Part shown: in pieces, positions 34,493 through 42,933 of the stretch
Numbering within the stretch: the stretch's first letter is position 1
Layout of the letters: every line of letters begins with the position of its first letter
Source of the DNA: a virus
Lineage: Duplodnaviria; Caudoviricetes
IMG/VR virus record: IMGVR_UViG_3300032095_000040
Location: 1-48,116 of that record
DNA: 48,116 bases
Reading direction: 5' to 3' (one strand)
Translations under genes and position numbers: made by a program
Notes under the pieces: model-generated
Database searches by the model: none
Seen by the model: only the letters and a program-made list of their open reading frames with translations
What the model was told of the DNA's origin: nothing

Positions 34493-35224
34493 ATGCACGC
34501 GACCATGGTCCGCCTCTACGAGGCAGCGGAATTGCTCCGCGGATTGAAGACGCCTACGGAGGTAGCGAACTGCCTCAACGCTTCGCCCCAGACGATCAAC
34601 AACTGGGAGCGCCGCGGCATGTCCAAAGCCGGGATGATCCAGGCCCAAGAAAAGATCGGCTGCAGTGCGACTTGGCTGCAAACCGGTGAGCTGCCTATGA
34701 CGGCCACACCTGTTGCCCACCCTACGGATGGAGGGGATCGGCAAAATTCAACAGGTGCTTACAATGAATCGTCGGCAGCTAGCCCGACGCCTCTCACCTA
34801 CCCGGCGGACGCCATGAAGTTCCGCCGTGTCTATGTCGTGGGCAAGGCGCAAGGCGGCCTTCCCGACCGGATATGGACGGATGGTGATTACCCAGTGGGT
34901 GCAACAGATCAATACGCGGAAATTGCCAGTGCCGACCCCCAGGCGTTTCTTGTGCCAGTGGTCGGGACATCGATGGTCCCGCGGTTCAACCCCGGCGAGT
35001 TTGCCCTCGTGGAGCCTGGTACAGAGCCCGAGCTCGAGGACGATGTGCTCGTCCGGCTCGCGACTGGCGAAACGATGATCAAACGCCTCCTCTCTCGACG
35101 GCACGGTATTCGGCTAGGCAGCTACAACGAGCCGACCGTGCTCATCTACGAGAAAGACCAGATCACGTGGATGTACTACATAGCCCATCCAGTGCCGGCC
35201 CGCAAAATTAAGATCCGCCTTTGA
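34493..35224 (+). CDS. cI: CI-like repressor (HTH + S24 peptidase)
   Basis: HTH ..VA..L..SPQTINNWE.RG; catalytic GTSM and MIKRL. Confidence 0.92.
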   Translation: MHATMVRLYEAAELLRGLKTPTEVANCLNASPQTINNWERRGMSKAGMIQAQEKIGCSATWLQTGELPMTATPVAHPTDGGDRQNSTGAYNESSAASPTPLTYPADAMKFRRVYVVGKAQGGLPDRIWTDGDYPVGATDQYAEIASADPQAFLVPVVGTSMVPRFNPGEFALVEPGTEPELEDDVLVRLATGETMIKRLLSRRHGIRLGSYNEPTVLIYEKDQITWMYYIAHPVPARKIKIRL

Positions 35225-35340
35225 GCGTTCTAGCAACGAATGCTCGGGTACACAACGATCTGGGGCGAGAGGGTGGACACCTAAGGACGGTGAGCCGCAG
35301 AGCTACCAACCACGGATTATTCATACTGAAGAAAATCAAC

Positions 35341-35685
35341 GTGACATCGAATACCCATGACACTTCCAACCCGCCCGAACAGGAATCGGTGTGGGCGACG
35401 GCCGGACTGAAGTCCGAAGAATTCATTAGGTTCTTGATGGCGAAGAAGAAAGGGACCTGCCCCTCATGTCACGAGAACAAGTGGGAGACTAATGATCTGC
35501 CGCCCAACAAGACTGCCGTCCTTCCCTCATATGACGCGACTAAGAGGGACGATGCGTATGGGGTTGATGGGCCCTTCCCAACACTGTTCTTGGGGATAAT
35601 CCCGATCTCGTGCGTAAATTGCGGGCTCACACAGCTTTATTCAGCTCAGCACATCCGTAAGTGGTGTGAGGAGAATCCGGCATGA
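35341..35685 (+). CDS. Zn-ribbon hypothetical protein
   Basis: CPSC...CVNCG; downstream of cI; start uncertain. Confidence 0.7.
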   Translation: MTSNTHDTSNPPEQESVWATAGLKSEEFIRFLMAKKKGTCPSCHENKWETNDLPPNKTAVLPSYDATKRDDAYGVDGPFPTLFLGIIPISCVNCGLTQLYSAQHIRKWCEENPA

Positions 35686-36257
35686 CGATGGAGGTGCTTC
35701 CAAAGAAGGGCTTTGTCCGTTTTGAGGAAGACCAAATGGTCATCCGGAACGACTTCGGCTGGGTCGAAGAACCGGGTCAAAGGGTTGCAGAATCGGCCCA
35801 TCGCCACCATCATAGCCCTATGACAGAAGTCACCCGCCCCGAACTAGACGCAAAGCTCGAAGCCATCGAGGCAAGAATGGACGGCCGTGTCGCGTCGATC
35901 GAAGGAAAGATCGACGCCATGCTTGCTCGTATGGAGGGCCGAGATGTCGCCTACGAGCAGCGGTTCGCAAACTTCGAACAGCGCTTTACAGGTATCGAGG
36001 AGTCCCTAAAAGACACGCGCAATGCGGTAGGAAGCCTTAAGTCGACAACGATCGTCACGGCCATAAGCGTGGTGCTGGCCATCGTACTTGGCGTCGCTGC
36101 CTTTAACGCCACCGTACTGTCAAATATGGTGTCCGCCTTCGAGTCCGGAAAGAATACCTCTGCGGCACAAGCAGAAGTGGCGCAGCAGGCACGCGAGACA
36201 AGGCAGATGTTAGATGACCTCAGGAAGGCGCTGCCACGTGAGGCACCTCCAAAGTAA
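35682..36257 (+). CDS. coiled-coil membrane protein
   Basis: heptads then TM IVTAISVVLAIVLGVAAF; ATGA overlap; possible internal start at 35820. Confidence 0.75.
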   Translation: MTMEVLPKKGFVRFEEDQMVIRNDFGWVEEPGQRVAESAHRHHHSPMTEVTRPELDAKLEAIEARMDGRVASIEGKIDAMLARMEGRDVAYEQRFANFEQRFTGIEESLKDTRNAVGSLKSTTIVTAISVVLAIVLGVAAFNATVLSNMVSAFESGKNTSAAQAEVAQQARETRQMLDDLRKALPREAPPK

Positions 36258-36274
36258 AGGCTGATTGAAGACAG

Positions 36275-36300
36275 AGCCCGCCACTCCGGCGGGCTTTTTT
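36275..36300 (+). terminator. terminator of the cI operon
   Basis: AGCCCGCC/GGCGGGCT plus T-run. Confidence 0.85.
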
Positions 36301-36384
36301 CTTGCCTGCTCCTGGAAGGGACGCACTGAATTTAGCCCGCCGCAGCCGGCCTTCCCCACAGTCCCAATGAGCTCGCCGCCACAT

Positions 36385-36425
36385 TAAACATTTTGTTTGA
36401 CATCATGTTAAACGTGTTGTTTAAT
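36385..36425 (+). promoter_or_regulatory. OL operators and PL promoter
   Basis: AAAC-N5-GTTT at 36386-36398 and 36410-36422; TTGACA(36397)-17-TTTAAT(36420). Confidence 0.85.
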
Positions 36426-36459
36426 GGCTCCATCGACGCACCACCTGATGGAGTCAGCG

Positions 36460-36795
36460 ATGCCAGCCCGCAACAACCACTTCACCGCCGCCCAAACCGA
36501 AGTCGCCGAGCAGATCCAGCGTGACGCGCTGAACTTCGCCAATGACAACGACATCGAGGCCGGCGCCTACATGGCGCCCGTGGCCGGCCTGGTGCTGCGC
36601 GGCGATCTGAGCGACGCGGCACTGCTCTCCATGGCGCGCGACATCCTGCAGCAATACGAGCGCGACACGCGCCATCACGTCGCCCTGATCGACGAAGCGG
36701 CGGCAGCCGACGAGCAAGAAGCGCTCGCTCTGCGCGCCATGCATATCCGCTCCCTCCCCGATTCCCTGCTGTCGCGCAACGGCGCGATCGCCTGA
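36460..36795 (+). CDS. hypothetical protein, first gene of the PL operon
   Basis: GGAG RBS, ATG 36460. Confidence 0.7.
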   Translation: MPARNNHFTAAQTEVAEQIQRDALNFANDNDIEAGAYMAPVAGLVLRGDLSDAALLSMARDILQQYERDTRHHVALIDEAAAADEQEALALRAMHIRSLPDSLLSRNGAIA

Positions 36796-36819
36796 TCTCG
36801 CACCCGGAAAACAGCAGCC

Positions 36820-37038
36820 ATGTGCCGCTACGCCTTCACCCGCGAGTGCGACGACGGTCCGGCCATCAGCCCCGACTACGAGCTGACCGTCGATTTCGAG
36901 CTCGACCAAGGGCACATCGCCGTGCGCGGTGTCTTTATCCGGTTCGCGGGCAGCCACACCGAGGCTGCGCTCGGCGAACAGAACTACGACCGCGACGCCA
37001 TCGAATCGCTGTGCCGCAACTACCTGGAGACCCTGTGA
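36820..37038 (+). CDS. small acidic hypothetical protein
   Basis: operon packing. Confidence 0.6.
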   Translation: MCRYAFTRECDDGPAISPDYELTVDFELDQGHIAVRGVFIRFAGSHTEAALGEQNYDRDAIESLCRNYLETL

Positions 37039-37154
37039 TGTCCGACGACGATCTGCGCGCCGTCCAGCGCCGCAACAACCTGATCCTCTGCTACGTGATG
37101 GCTATCTTCGCCGTGGTTTGCGCCGCGCACGAGATCGCCAACGTGCTGCCGTGA
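37038..37154 (+). CDS. small membrane peptide
   Basis: TGATG overlap, one TM. Confidence 0.5.
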   Translation: MSDDDLRAVQRRNNLILCYVMAIFAVVCAAHEIANVLP

Positions 37155-37300
37155 GCCTGGCCGTGATCGACATCCACGACTTCAGGGCCATGCGCGAGCG
37201 CCAGGCCAAGAACCTGCGCCGGCTGCGCGCGGCAACGTGGCTCGCCATCGGCGTGCTGCTGGCCGCCAACGTCATCGACATCGTGAGGGCCTACCTGTGA
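37151..37300 (+). CDS. small membrane peptide
   Basis: GTGA overlap, C-terminal TM. Confidence 0.5.
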   Translation: MSLAVIDIHDFRAMRERQAKNLRRLRAATWLAIGVLLAANVIDIVRAYL

Positions 37301-37479
37301 TCGACGACACCACCAACGAGTACCAAGTCCACCGCTCGCTGCGCGATGCGTGCGGCCCCAAAGCCCAACTGCAGGTCGAGCCCGAATACGACATCACCGA
37401 CTGGCTGTTGGTCGCGGTGTACGGCGTTGGGATCGGCGCCCTTTGGTACCTCGCTGTCGCCCTGCGCGCCGGCGCATGA
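37297..37479 (+). CDS. small membrane peptide
   Basis: GTGA overlap, C-terminal TM. Confidence 0.5.
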   Translation: MIDDTTNEYQVHRSLRDACGPKAQLQVEPEYDITDWLLVAVYGVGIGALWYLAVALRAGA

Positions 37480-37500
37480 CATCACCCCTCGGAGAAGACC

Positions 37501-37776
37501 ATGACCTCCCTCGTCCCCATCGCGATCCAGATGGATCGTGTCGACTCGTCGCAGATCCACAGCATCGGCCACGACGCCGACAGCTCGACGCTGGCCATCC
37601 GCTTCAAGAACAAGGACGGCGCGCCGACCTCGCTCTACCACTACCGCAACGTGAGCGCCGACGACTTCGCGGCGTTCCGCGACGCCGAGTCGATCGGCTC
37701 GCACTTCTACAAGCACATCAAGCCGTTCGCCGACAAGTACCCGTACGTGAAGGTCGAGTCGGCGCCGGTTGCCTGA
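37501..37776 (+). CDS. KTSC domain protein
   Basis: V.SS.I.SIG.D....TL.I.F....LY.Y..V......F..A.S.GS.F...IK. Confidence 0.85.
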   Translation: MTSLVPIAIQMDRVDSSQIHSIGHDADSSTLAIRFKNKDGAPTSLYHYRNVSADDFAAFRDAESIGSHFYKHIKPFADKYPYVKVESAPVA

Positions 37777-37811
37777 ACCGTCCCGCTCACCTTTCCTGCC
37801 TGGAGACCCAC

Positions 37812-38759
37812 ATGTCCACTGCCGTGGCCGAGCGCCCGCAACAGAAACAGAGCCTCGTCGCCAAGTTCGCGGCGAAATACAGCATCGAGCCGAACAAGTT
37901 GCTCGACACCCTCAAGGCGACTGCATTTCGCCAGAACAACGGCACTCCCATCACGGACGAGCAGATGGCTGCGCTCCTGATCGTGGCGGATCAGTACGGC
38001 CTGAATCCGTTCACGAAGGAAATCTACGCGTTCCCAGACAAGGGGGGCATCGTGCCCGTGGTCGGTGTGGACGGCTGGTCCCGCCTCATCAACGAGAACC
38101 CGCAATCCGACGGCTTCGAGTTCGTCGAATCCGACGAAAGCACCACCTTCGAAGGCAAGCAGGTGCCGATCTGGATGGAGGTCCACATCTACCGAAAGGA
38201 TCGCGCTCGGCCTATCAAGGTGCGGGAGCGATTCGCGGAAGTGGTGCGACCGGCCATGCAGCCGTGGAAGAGCCATCCGGCCCGCATGATGCGCCACAAG
38301 ACCCTCATTCAAGGCGCCCGCCTGGCGTACGGCTTCGCTGGCATCTACGACGAGGACGAAGCCCAGCGCATCGTCGAGCGTGACATGGGCGCGGCTGAGG
38401 TGACTGGCCACGCCGCGCCGGCTGTCCAGATGCCGCAGGCGCGGCCGCGGCAGATCCAGCAGCAGGAGGCTCGCACCATCGACATGCCGGCGCAGCGCGC
38501 CGCCCAAGCCGAGCCGGTGCAGCGCCAGGCCGCCCCAGCTCCGGCGCCTGCGCCTGCCCCGGCGGCCGCATCAGTCGCGGAGCTCGACGACGCCGTCACC
38601 GACGGCGAGAAGCAGTGGATCCGGAACAAGCTGGCCAGTGCCGACATCACGGTCGAGGATGCGATCGCGACGCTGTGCCTGTCCGTGCCTGCATCGCTCG
38701 ATGGTCTGACCCGCGACGGCTTCATCGCCTTCCAGGACTACATCCGGGAGAACTGCTGA
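37812..38759 (+). CDS. bet: single-strand annealing protein (Bet/RecT family)
   Basis: ADQYGLNPFTKEIYAFP, VVGVDGW, PW..HP.RM.RHK..IQ.AR.A.GF.GIYD.DE. Confidence 0.92.
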   Translation: MSTAVAERPQQKQSLVAKFAAKYSIEPNKLLDTLKATAFRQNNGTPITDEQMAALLIVADQYGLNPFTKEIYAFPDKGGIVPVVGVDGWSRLINENPQSDGFEFVESDESTTFEGKQVPIWMEVHIYRKDRARPIKVRERFAEVVRPAMQPWKSHPARMMRHKTLIQGARLAYGFAGIYDEDEAQRIVERDMGAAEVTGHAAPAVQMPQARPRQIQQQEARTIDMPAQRAAQAEPVQRQAAPAPAPAPAPAAASVAELDDAVTDGEKQWIRNKLASADITVEDAIATLCLSVPASLDGLTRDGFIAFQDYIRENC

Positions 38760-39343
38760 TGTCGGACCTGCAATTCGACCCGGCGTCGCACACCTACACC
38801 GTCGGCGGCACGGTCATCCCGAGCGTGACGCAGATCCTGGCGCCGCTGAACGACCTGTCGATGATCCCGCCGGCGACGCTGCAGTACAAGCGCGACCTCG
38901 GCACCGCTGTCCACGCCGCCACCGAGCTGCACGACCGCGGCGAGTTGGACGAATCGACCGTAGCGACGGTGGTGCAGCCCTTCCTCGATGCCTGGATTCG
39001 CCTGCGAGCCGAAAAGTCGTTCGAGATCGTCGGCCTCGAGCACCGCGTCTTTCACCCGGTGCACCGCTACGCCGGCACCTACGATCGCCTGGTGATGATG
39101 GACGGCAAGCTCTGCGTGCTCGACATCAAGACCGGCGCGATGTACCCGAGCTACGGCCCGCAGCTGGCCGCCTACAAGAACGCAGTCGAGCACGAGACCG
39201 GCCGGCGCGTTCAGGGCCGCTACGCCGTCGAGTTGCGCGACGACGGCACCTACCGACTGCACGCGATGACCGATTCCGAGGACTGGGCCGTGTTCCTGTC
39301 CTGCCTGACGCTGCACCGCTACCGCAACAAGCACGCCGCCTGA
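38759..39343 (+). CDS. PD-(D/E)XK exonuclease
   Basis: H.Y....PSVTQIL, GT.VH, E, YAGT.D, D.KTG, QL.AY. Confidence 0.88.
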   Translation: MSDLQFDPASHTYTVGGTVIPSVTQILAPLNDLSMIPPATLQYKRDLGTAVHAATELHDRGELDESTVATVVQPFLDAWIRLRAEKSFEIVGLEHRVFHPVHRYAGTYDRLVMMDGKLCVLDIKTGAMYPSYGPQLAAYKNAVEHETGRRVQGRYAVELRDDGTYRLHAMTDSEDWAVFLSCLTLHRYRNKHAA

Positions 39344-39365
39344 TCGCGGCCTGGAGAACGACATC

Positions 39366-40184
39366 ATGACCACCAATACCCAAGGCACGATCGCCTATGA
39401 CGCCAGCGCCGCCGTCGTGCTGGCCGGCAAGGCGCAGAAGGCGCTGCAGAGCGCGCAGGGCTACGTCATCGACAGCCCGACCATGTACCAGCTCGCCAGC
39501 GACGATCTGAAGGGCGTCAAGGCGCTGATGAAGCAGGTCGAGGATCAGCGCACGTCGATCACCGGCCCGCTGAATCAGGCGCTGCGGGCCGTGAACGACC
39601 TGTTCCGTGCGCCGAAGGATTACCTCGAGTTGGCCGAGGCGACGCTCAAGGGCGCTCTGCTCGCCTACGACCGCGAGCAGCAGCGCAAGGCTGACGAGGC
39701 CAGGCGCGCCGCCGACGAAGCCGCCCGGAAGGAACGCGAGCGCATCGAGACCGAGGCACGGGAAGCCGAGCGCGCCGCACGCGAGGAAGCCGAGCGCATT
39801 GCCCGCGAGGCAGCAGCGGCCGCCGCCGCGGGTGACCAGCAGAAGGCCGAAGAACTGAAGGCTGAAGCGGAGCGCACTGCTGCCGCCGGCGCCGAGCAGG
39901 CGCAGCAGATCGCCACCGCAGCCGAGCTCGTGACGGCCGCGCCGGTACCGGTGGCCACCGCGGCGCCGAAGGTGACCGGCCTGTCGACCCGCCAGAACTG
40001 GAAAGCGCGCTGCGTCGACAAGATGGCGCTGATCCGCTTCATCGCCGAGCACCCGGAGCACCAGCACTTGGTCGACATCAACCAGTCGGCGCTGAACCAG
40101 CTCGCCAAGGCGCAGAAAGAAGCCATGCGCATCCCCGGCGTCGAGGCGTACCCCGACGCGGTGATGTCCGCCCGCGCCGCCTGA
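39366..40184 (+). CDS. coiled-coil phage protein of the recombination module
   Basis: E/A/R-rich helix, C-terminal W...VD...IPGV. Confidence 0.75.
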   Translation: MTTNTQGTIAYDASAAVVLAGKAQKALQSAQGYVIDSPTMYQLASDDLKGVKALMKQVEDQRTSITGPLNQALRAVNDLFRAPKDYLELAEATLKGALLAYDREQQRKADEARRAADEAARKERERIETEAREAERAAREEAERIAREAAAAAAAGDQQKAEELKAEAERTAAAGAEQAQQIATAAELVTAAPVPVATAAPKVTGLSTRQNWKARCVDKMALIRFIAEHPEHQHLVDINQSALNQLAKAQKEAMRIPGVEAYPDAVMSARAA

Positions 40185-40240
40185 CCGATCCCCCTTGGCC
40201 GGCGCTGCACCCGGCCCTTTCTATTCCACAGGAGCCGCCC

Positions 40241-40744
40241 ATGCTCGAACTCGATCAAGACCTGGTGAAGATCACCCACATCAACACGCGCAACGAGAAG
40301 CACGGCGACGAGCCGGTGCTGGCCGTCGATCTGAAGCTGCAAGCGCGGCTGTCCAACGACGTGCTGTCGCTGTTCTCGCCCATGTTGAAGGCGAGCTTCT
40401 ACCACAAGGACGAGTCCGTGCAGGGCGACCTGGTGACCGACCCCGGATACCTGCCGAACCTGAAGCACCCGAGCATCGGCCCGGTGAAGTGGGCGGGCGA
40501 CTGGGAGCACCACGTTTTGACCTTTCACAACGGCGTGCGCGCGGCCGACGACATCGTGCTCGACGAAGCGCGCATCAACAAGGTTCAGTTCGATTTCCAG
40601 GAAGGCGGCACCGTGTTCGTCAACTTCCGCGCGCAGGTCCATCCCGACGAGAAGACCGCTGCGAAGCTGCTGTCCCTGCTCGGCCAGGAAGTGCACATGA
40701 GCCTGCGGCACGACGAGCCCGAAGAGCTGCCCGAGGCGGCGTAA
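40241..40744 (+). CDS. hypothetical phage protein
   Basis: AGGAG RBS; R.E.HG..., EGG.V...F..Q. Confidence 0.75.
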   Translation: MLELDQDLVKITHINTRNEKHGDEPVLAVDLKLQARLSNDVLSLFSPMLKASFYHKDESVQGDLVTDPGYLPNLKHPSIGPVKWAGDWEHHVLTFHNGVRAADDIVLDEARINKVQFDFQEGGTVFVNFRAQVHPDEKTAAKLLSLLGQEVHMSLRHDEPEELPEAA

Positions 40745-40747
40745 CGA

Positions 40748-40925
40748 TCAACGGGGGAAAGTGGATGCCGGTGAAGAAGGCCGAGAGGCAAGCCTACGGG
40801 CAGTAAGCGGACGCAGCGAGTACCCCACCCTTCAACGGGCCACCTGCGGCGGGACAACGCCGAGTCCCGAAAAACAGCGTGCGACGACTCCAACTGATTG
40901 GCAGGAAGTCGCAGGCGGCCCACCC
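40748..40925 (+). ncRNA. two tandem tRNA-sized structured RNA candidates
   Basis: units 40748-40830 and 40832-40925 both start TCAACGGG and end CCCACCC, with paired termini and internal hairpins. Confidence 0.5.
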
Positions 40926-40942
40926 GAATAGAGACGACAACC

Positions 40943-41353
40943 ATGAGCAAGCAACGCCTGACGCCGCAAGGGCACCACCACGCCGAAGCGTTCTGCCTGA
41001 TGCACTACGCCTGTCGGTGCGGACACCACGAGGTCATCTGGAACAGCCGCGACGGCGTAACGCCCTTCAGTGCGCCATGCCCTAGCTGCGGCGACGGCAT
41101 GGGCATGACTCACGTTGCCTTTGCAAGCGACACCTACGCACCCGATCACAAGCCCCACTACGGTCAACGCCTATGGGTGGACATGACCTGGAATCGTGCC
41201 GAGGAAATCGCAAAGAACCGCATAGCCAGCGCGCGGGATCTGGGCTACACGCACCACATCAACGTCTCCGACCTAGCCCAAAGCATCTTCGAGGAAGGCC
41301 GTGCGCCTGACCTGCGCATCCAGCATTTCGGATACGAGCACGGGAAGGAATGA
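40943..41353 (+). CDS. Cys/His-rich hypothetical protein
   Basis: EAFCLM.Y.CRCGH.E.IWNSRDGVTPF...CPSCG. Confidence 0.75.
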   Translation: MSKQRLTPQGHHHAEAFCLMHYACRCGHHEVIWNSRDGVTPFSAPCPSCGDGMGMTHVAFASDTYAPDHKPHYGQRLWVDMTWNRAEEIAKNRIASARDLGYTHHINVSDLAQSIFEEGRAPDLRIQHFGYEHGKE

Positions 41354-41357
41354 CGTC

Positions 41358-41690
41358 ATGAACTGGCCCATCGGTACCCCACTTTCGCGCGCCCAGCAGC
41401 GATTGCAGGCCGACATCGTCGACCTCGCGCGCGACTCGACGGCGCTCAAGCGCGAAAACGCGGAACTGCGCCAGCGACTGCAGGCCGCCGAGCGTGCGGC
41501 CGCGCTGGCCGACGAACGCTACGAGATCGCGAGCCAGGCGCACGCCATCCAGGCGCTGCAGCTCGCGCAGCTCGAGAAGCTGGCGCGCGAAGTGAAGCGC
41601 GCCGCTGTGAAAAACCCGCACTGGCCGATCTCGCGGTGGGTGAAGTTCGGGCCGATGGCGGCCTTTCTGGCATCGATCAAGGACATCTGA
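41358..41690 (+). CDS. coiled-coil hypothetical protein
   Basis: AAGGA RBS; heptads. Confidence 0.65.
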   Translation: MNWPIGTPLSRAQQRLQADIVDLARDSTALKRENAELRQRLQAAERAAALADERYEIASQAHAIQALQLAQLEKLAREVKRAAVKNPHWPISRWVKFGPMAAFLASIKDI

Positions 41691-41691
41691 C

Positions 41692-42294
41692 ATGGACAAG
41701 GAAGCGGTGGAGCGGGGAGCGCCCGTTACCGAGGAAATGATTGTCGCGGGCGCGCGCTCGCTCATTGATGGACAGGAGAACCGGCCCGGATCGTCGTGGG
41801 CCGAAGAGGCGAAGCTGTGCTACCAGGCGATGCACGCCCTCGCGCAGCAGCCGGCAGCGCAGACGGCGCCCTACGCTTATGACGTGACGTGTGCCGACGG
41901 TGAATCCGAGATGGTGTGCGCCGCCTACATGGAGCGCCACGGGAAGGACATGGACTACGTTTCGCGCGTGCCGCTCTACGCGGCGCTGCCAGCGCAGGCC
42001 GCGGGGCTGACGGACGACGAAATCGAGCGCCTGATTTCGCGCTTCATCGGGAACGTGGCCCCGGGCCTTCGCAACGACTGCCGCGAGTTGGTGCGGGAAG
42101 TTCTATCCCGCGCCGCGCCGAGCGGGGAGCCGATCCATCAGATGCGTAAGGCCGACGGCTCGTGGATTGACCAGACCGAAGCCAGCTATCGATACAACCT
42201 CTCGTACGGCCACGCTGTTCGCATTGTGTACGCCGCCCCGCAGCCGAGCGCGCAGTGGGCCACCGAGGAAGCCCGCGGAGGCGAACATGGTTGA
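41692..42294 (+). CDS. hypothetical protein (ead/ea22-like mosaic)
   Basis: PVTEEMI.AG, PLYAA, LTDDEI, VYAAPQP segments typical of lambdoid early-left accessory proteins. Confidence 0.65.
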   Translation: MDKEAVERGAPVTEEMIVAGARSLIDGQENRPGSSWAEEAKLCYQAMHALAQQPAAQTAPYAYDVTCADGESEMVCAAYMERHGKDMDYVSRVPLYAALPAQAAGLTDDEIERLISRFIGNVAPGLRNDCRELVREVLSRAAPSGEPIHQMRKADGSWIDQTEASYRYNLSYGHAVRIVYAAPQPSAQWATEEARGGEHG

Positions 42295-42316
42295 TCAGAT
42301 TACCGATCGCAAACAC

Positions 42317-42901
42317 TCATCGCTTGGCTGGATCGATCGCATAGTCAAAATGCGCAACGGCCGCGTCAGCCAAGGCGCGAATGTCGCCAACAATTGCACG
42401 CGTGTTCTGGCGAGCCACACCCGATCCGAGGACGGCAATTCTCTCCTTAATAGCCGGGAGCAGACCCATAGCCGCAGCGATACGAGTACCCCGACCATCG
42501 GGAAGAAAGGCCAATTTATCGATCAACCCTGGTGCGAATGTCAGGTTCAAACGATCCGGAAATTGGCGAGCCTCAGTAGTCATTACCATGCCGGGGAAAA
42601 TGATTGGCCCATGGAAATACTCCGATACTTCGGAAAGCGCGTCCCTTACCTGTACGACTTCGGGAGCGAGCATTGCCCACGCAATGAGGGCTTCGGACTC
42701 TTGCGTTTGCCGGCGCCATGCGGCGTCCCGCAACGCAATGCCGACCGCCACAACAGCCGAACTCACGGTGCCTATTGCAGTAAGGATGTCCCAGAAGTCT
42801 TTGTCCGGATTGAAGTTCCAAGCTGTTGCAAGCGCCAAGCCTCCGACGAGCCCACCGAACACTGCTGCGATCACGAGGCTTTCGGGTTCACCGACTCTCA
42901 T
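42317..42901 (-). CDS. membrane-anchored hypothetical moron protein
   Basis: two N-terminal TMs (W..LTAIGTV.A.VVA); antisense insertion with own promoter. Confidence 0.75.
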   Translation of the reverse strand: MRVGEPESLVIAAVFGGLVGGLALATAWNFNPDKDFWDILTAIGTVSSAVVAVGIALRDAAWRRQTQESEALIAWAMLAPEVVQVRDALSEVSEYFHGPIIFPGMVMTTEARQFPDRLNLTFAPGLIDKLAFLPDGRGTRIAAAMGLLPAIKERIAVLGSGVARQNTRAIVGDIRALADAAVAHFDYAIDPAKR

Positions 42902-42933
42902 TTGACCCCCAACTTTTTTGCAGGGATCGTAGC

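Noticed and set aside
38529-38570. Short tandem repeat in bet
   Set aside because: Encodes an ordinary Pro-Ala linker (APAPAPAPAP)
40843-40872. Hammerhead ribozyme suggested by GGGAC/GTCCC-GAAA
   Set aside because: The required CUGANGA core is replaced by CUGCGGC and stem III/cleavage triplet is not evident
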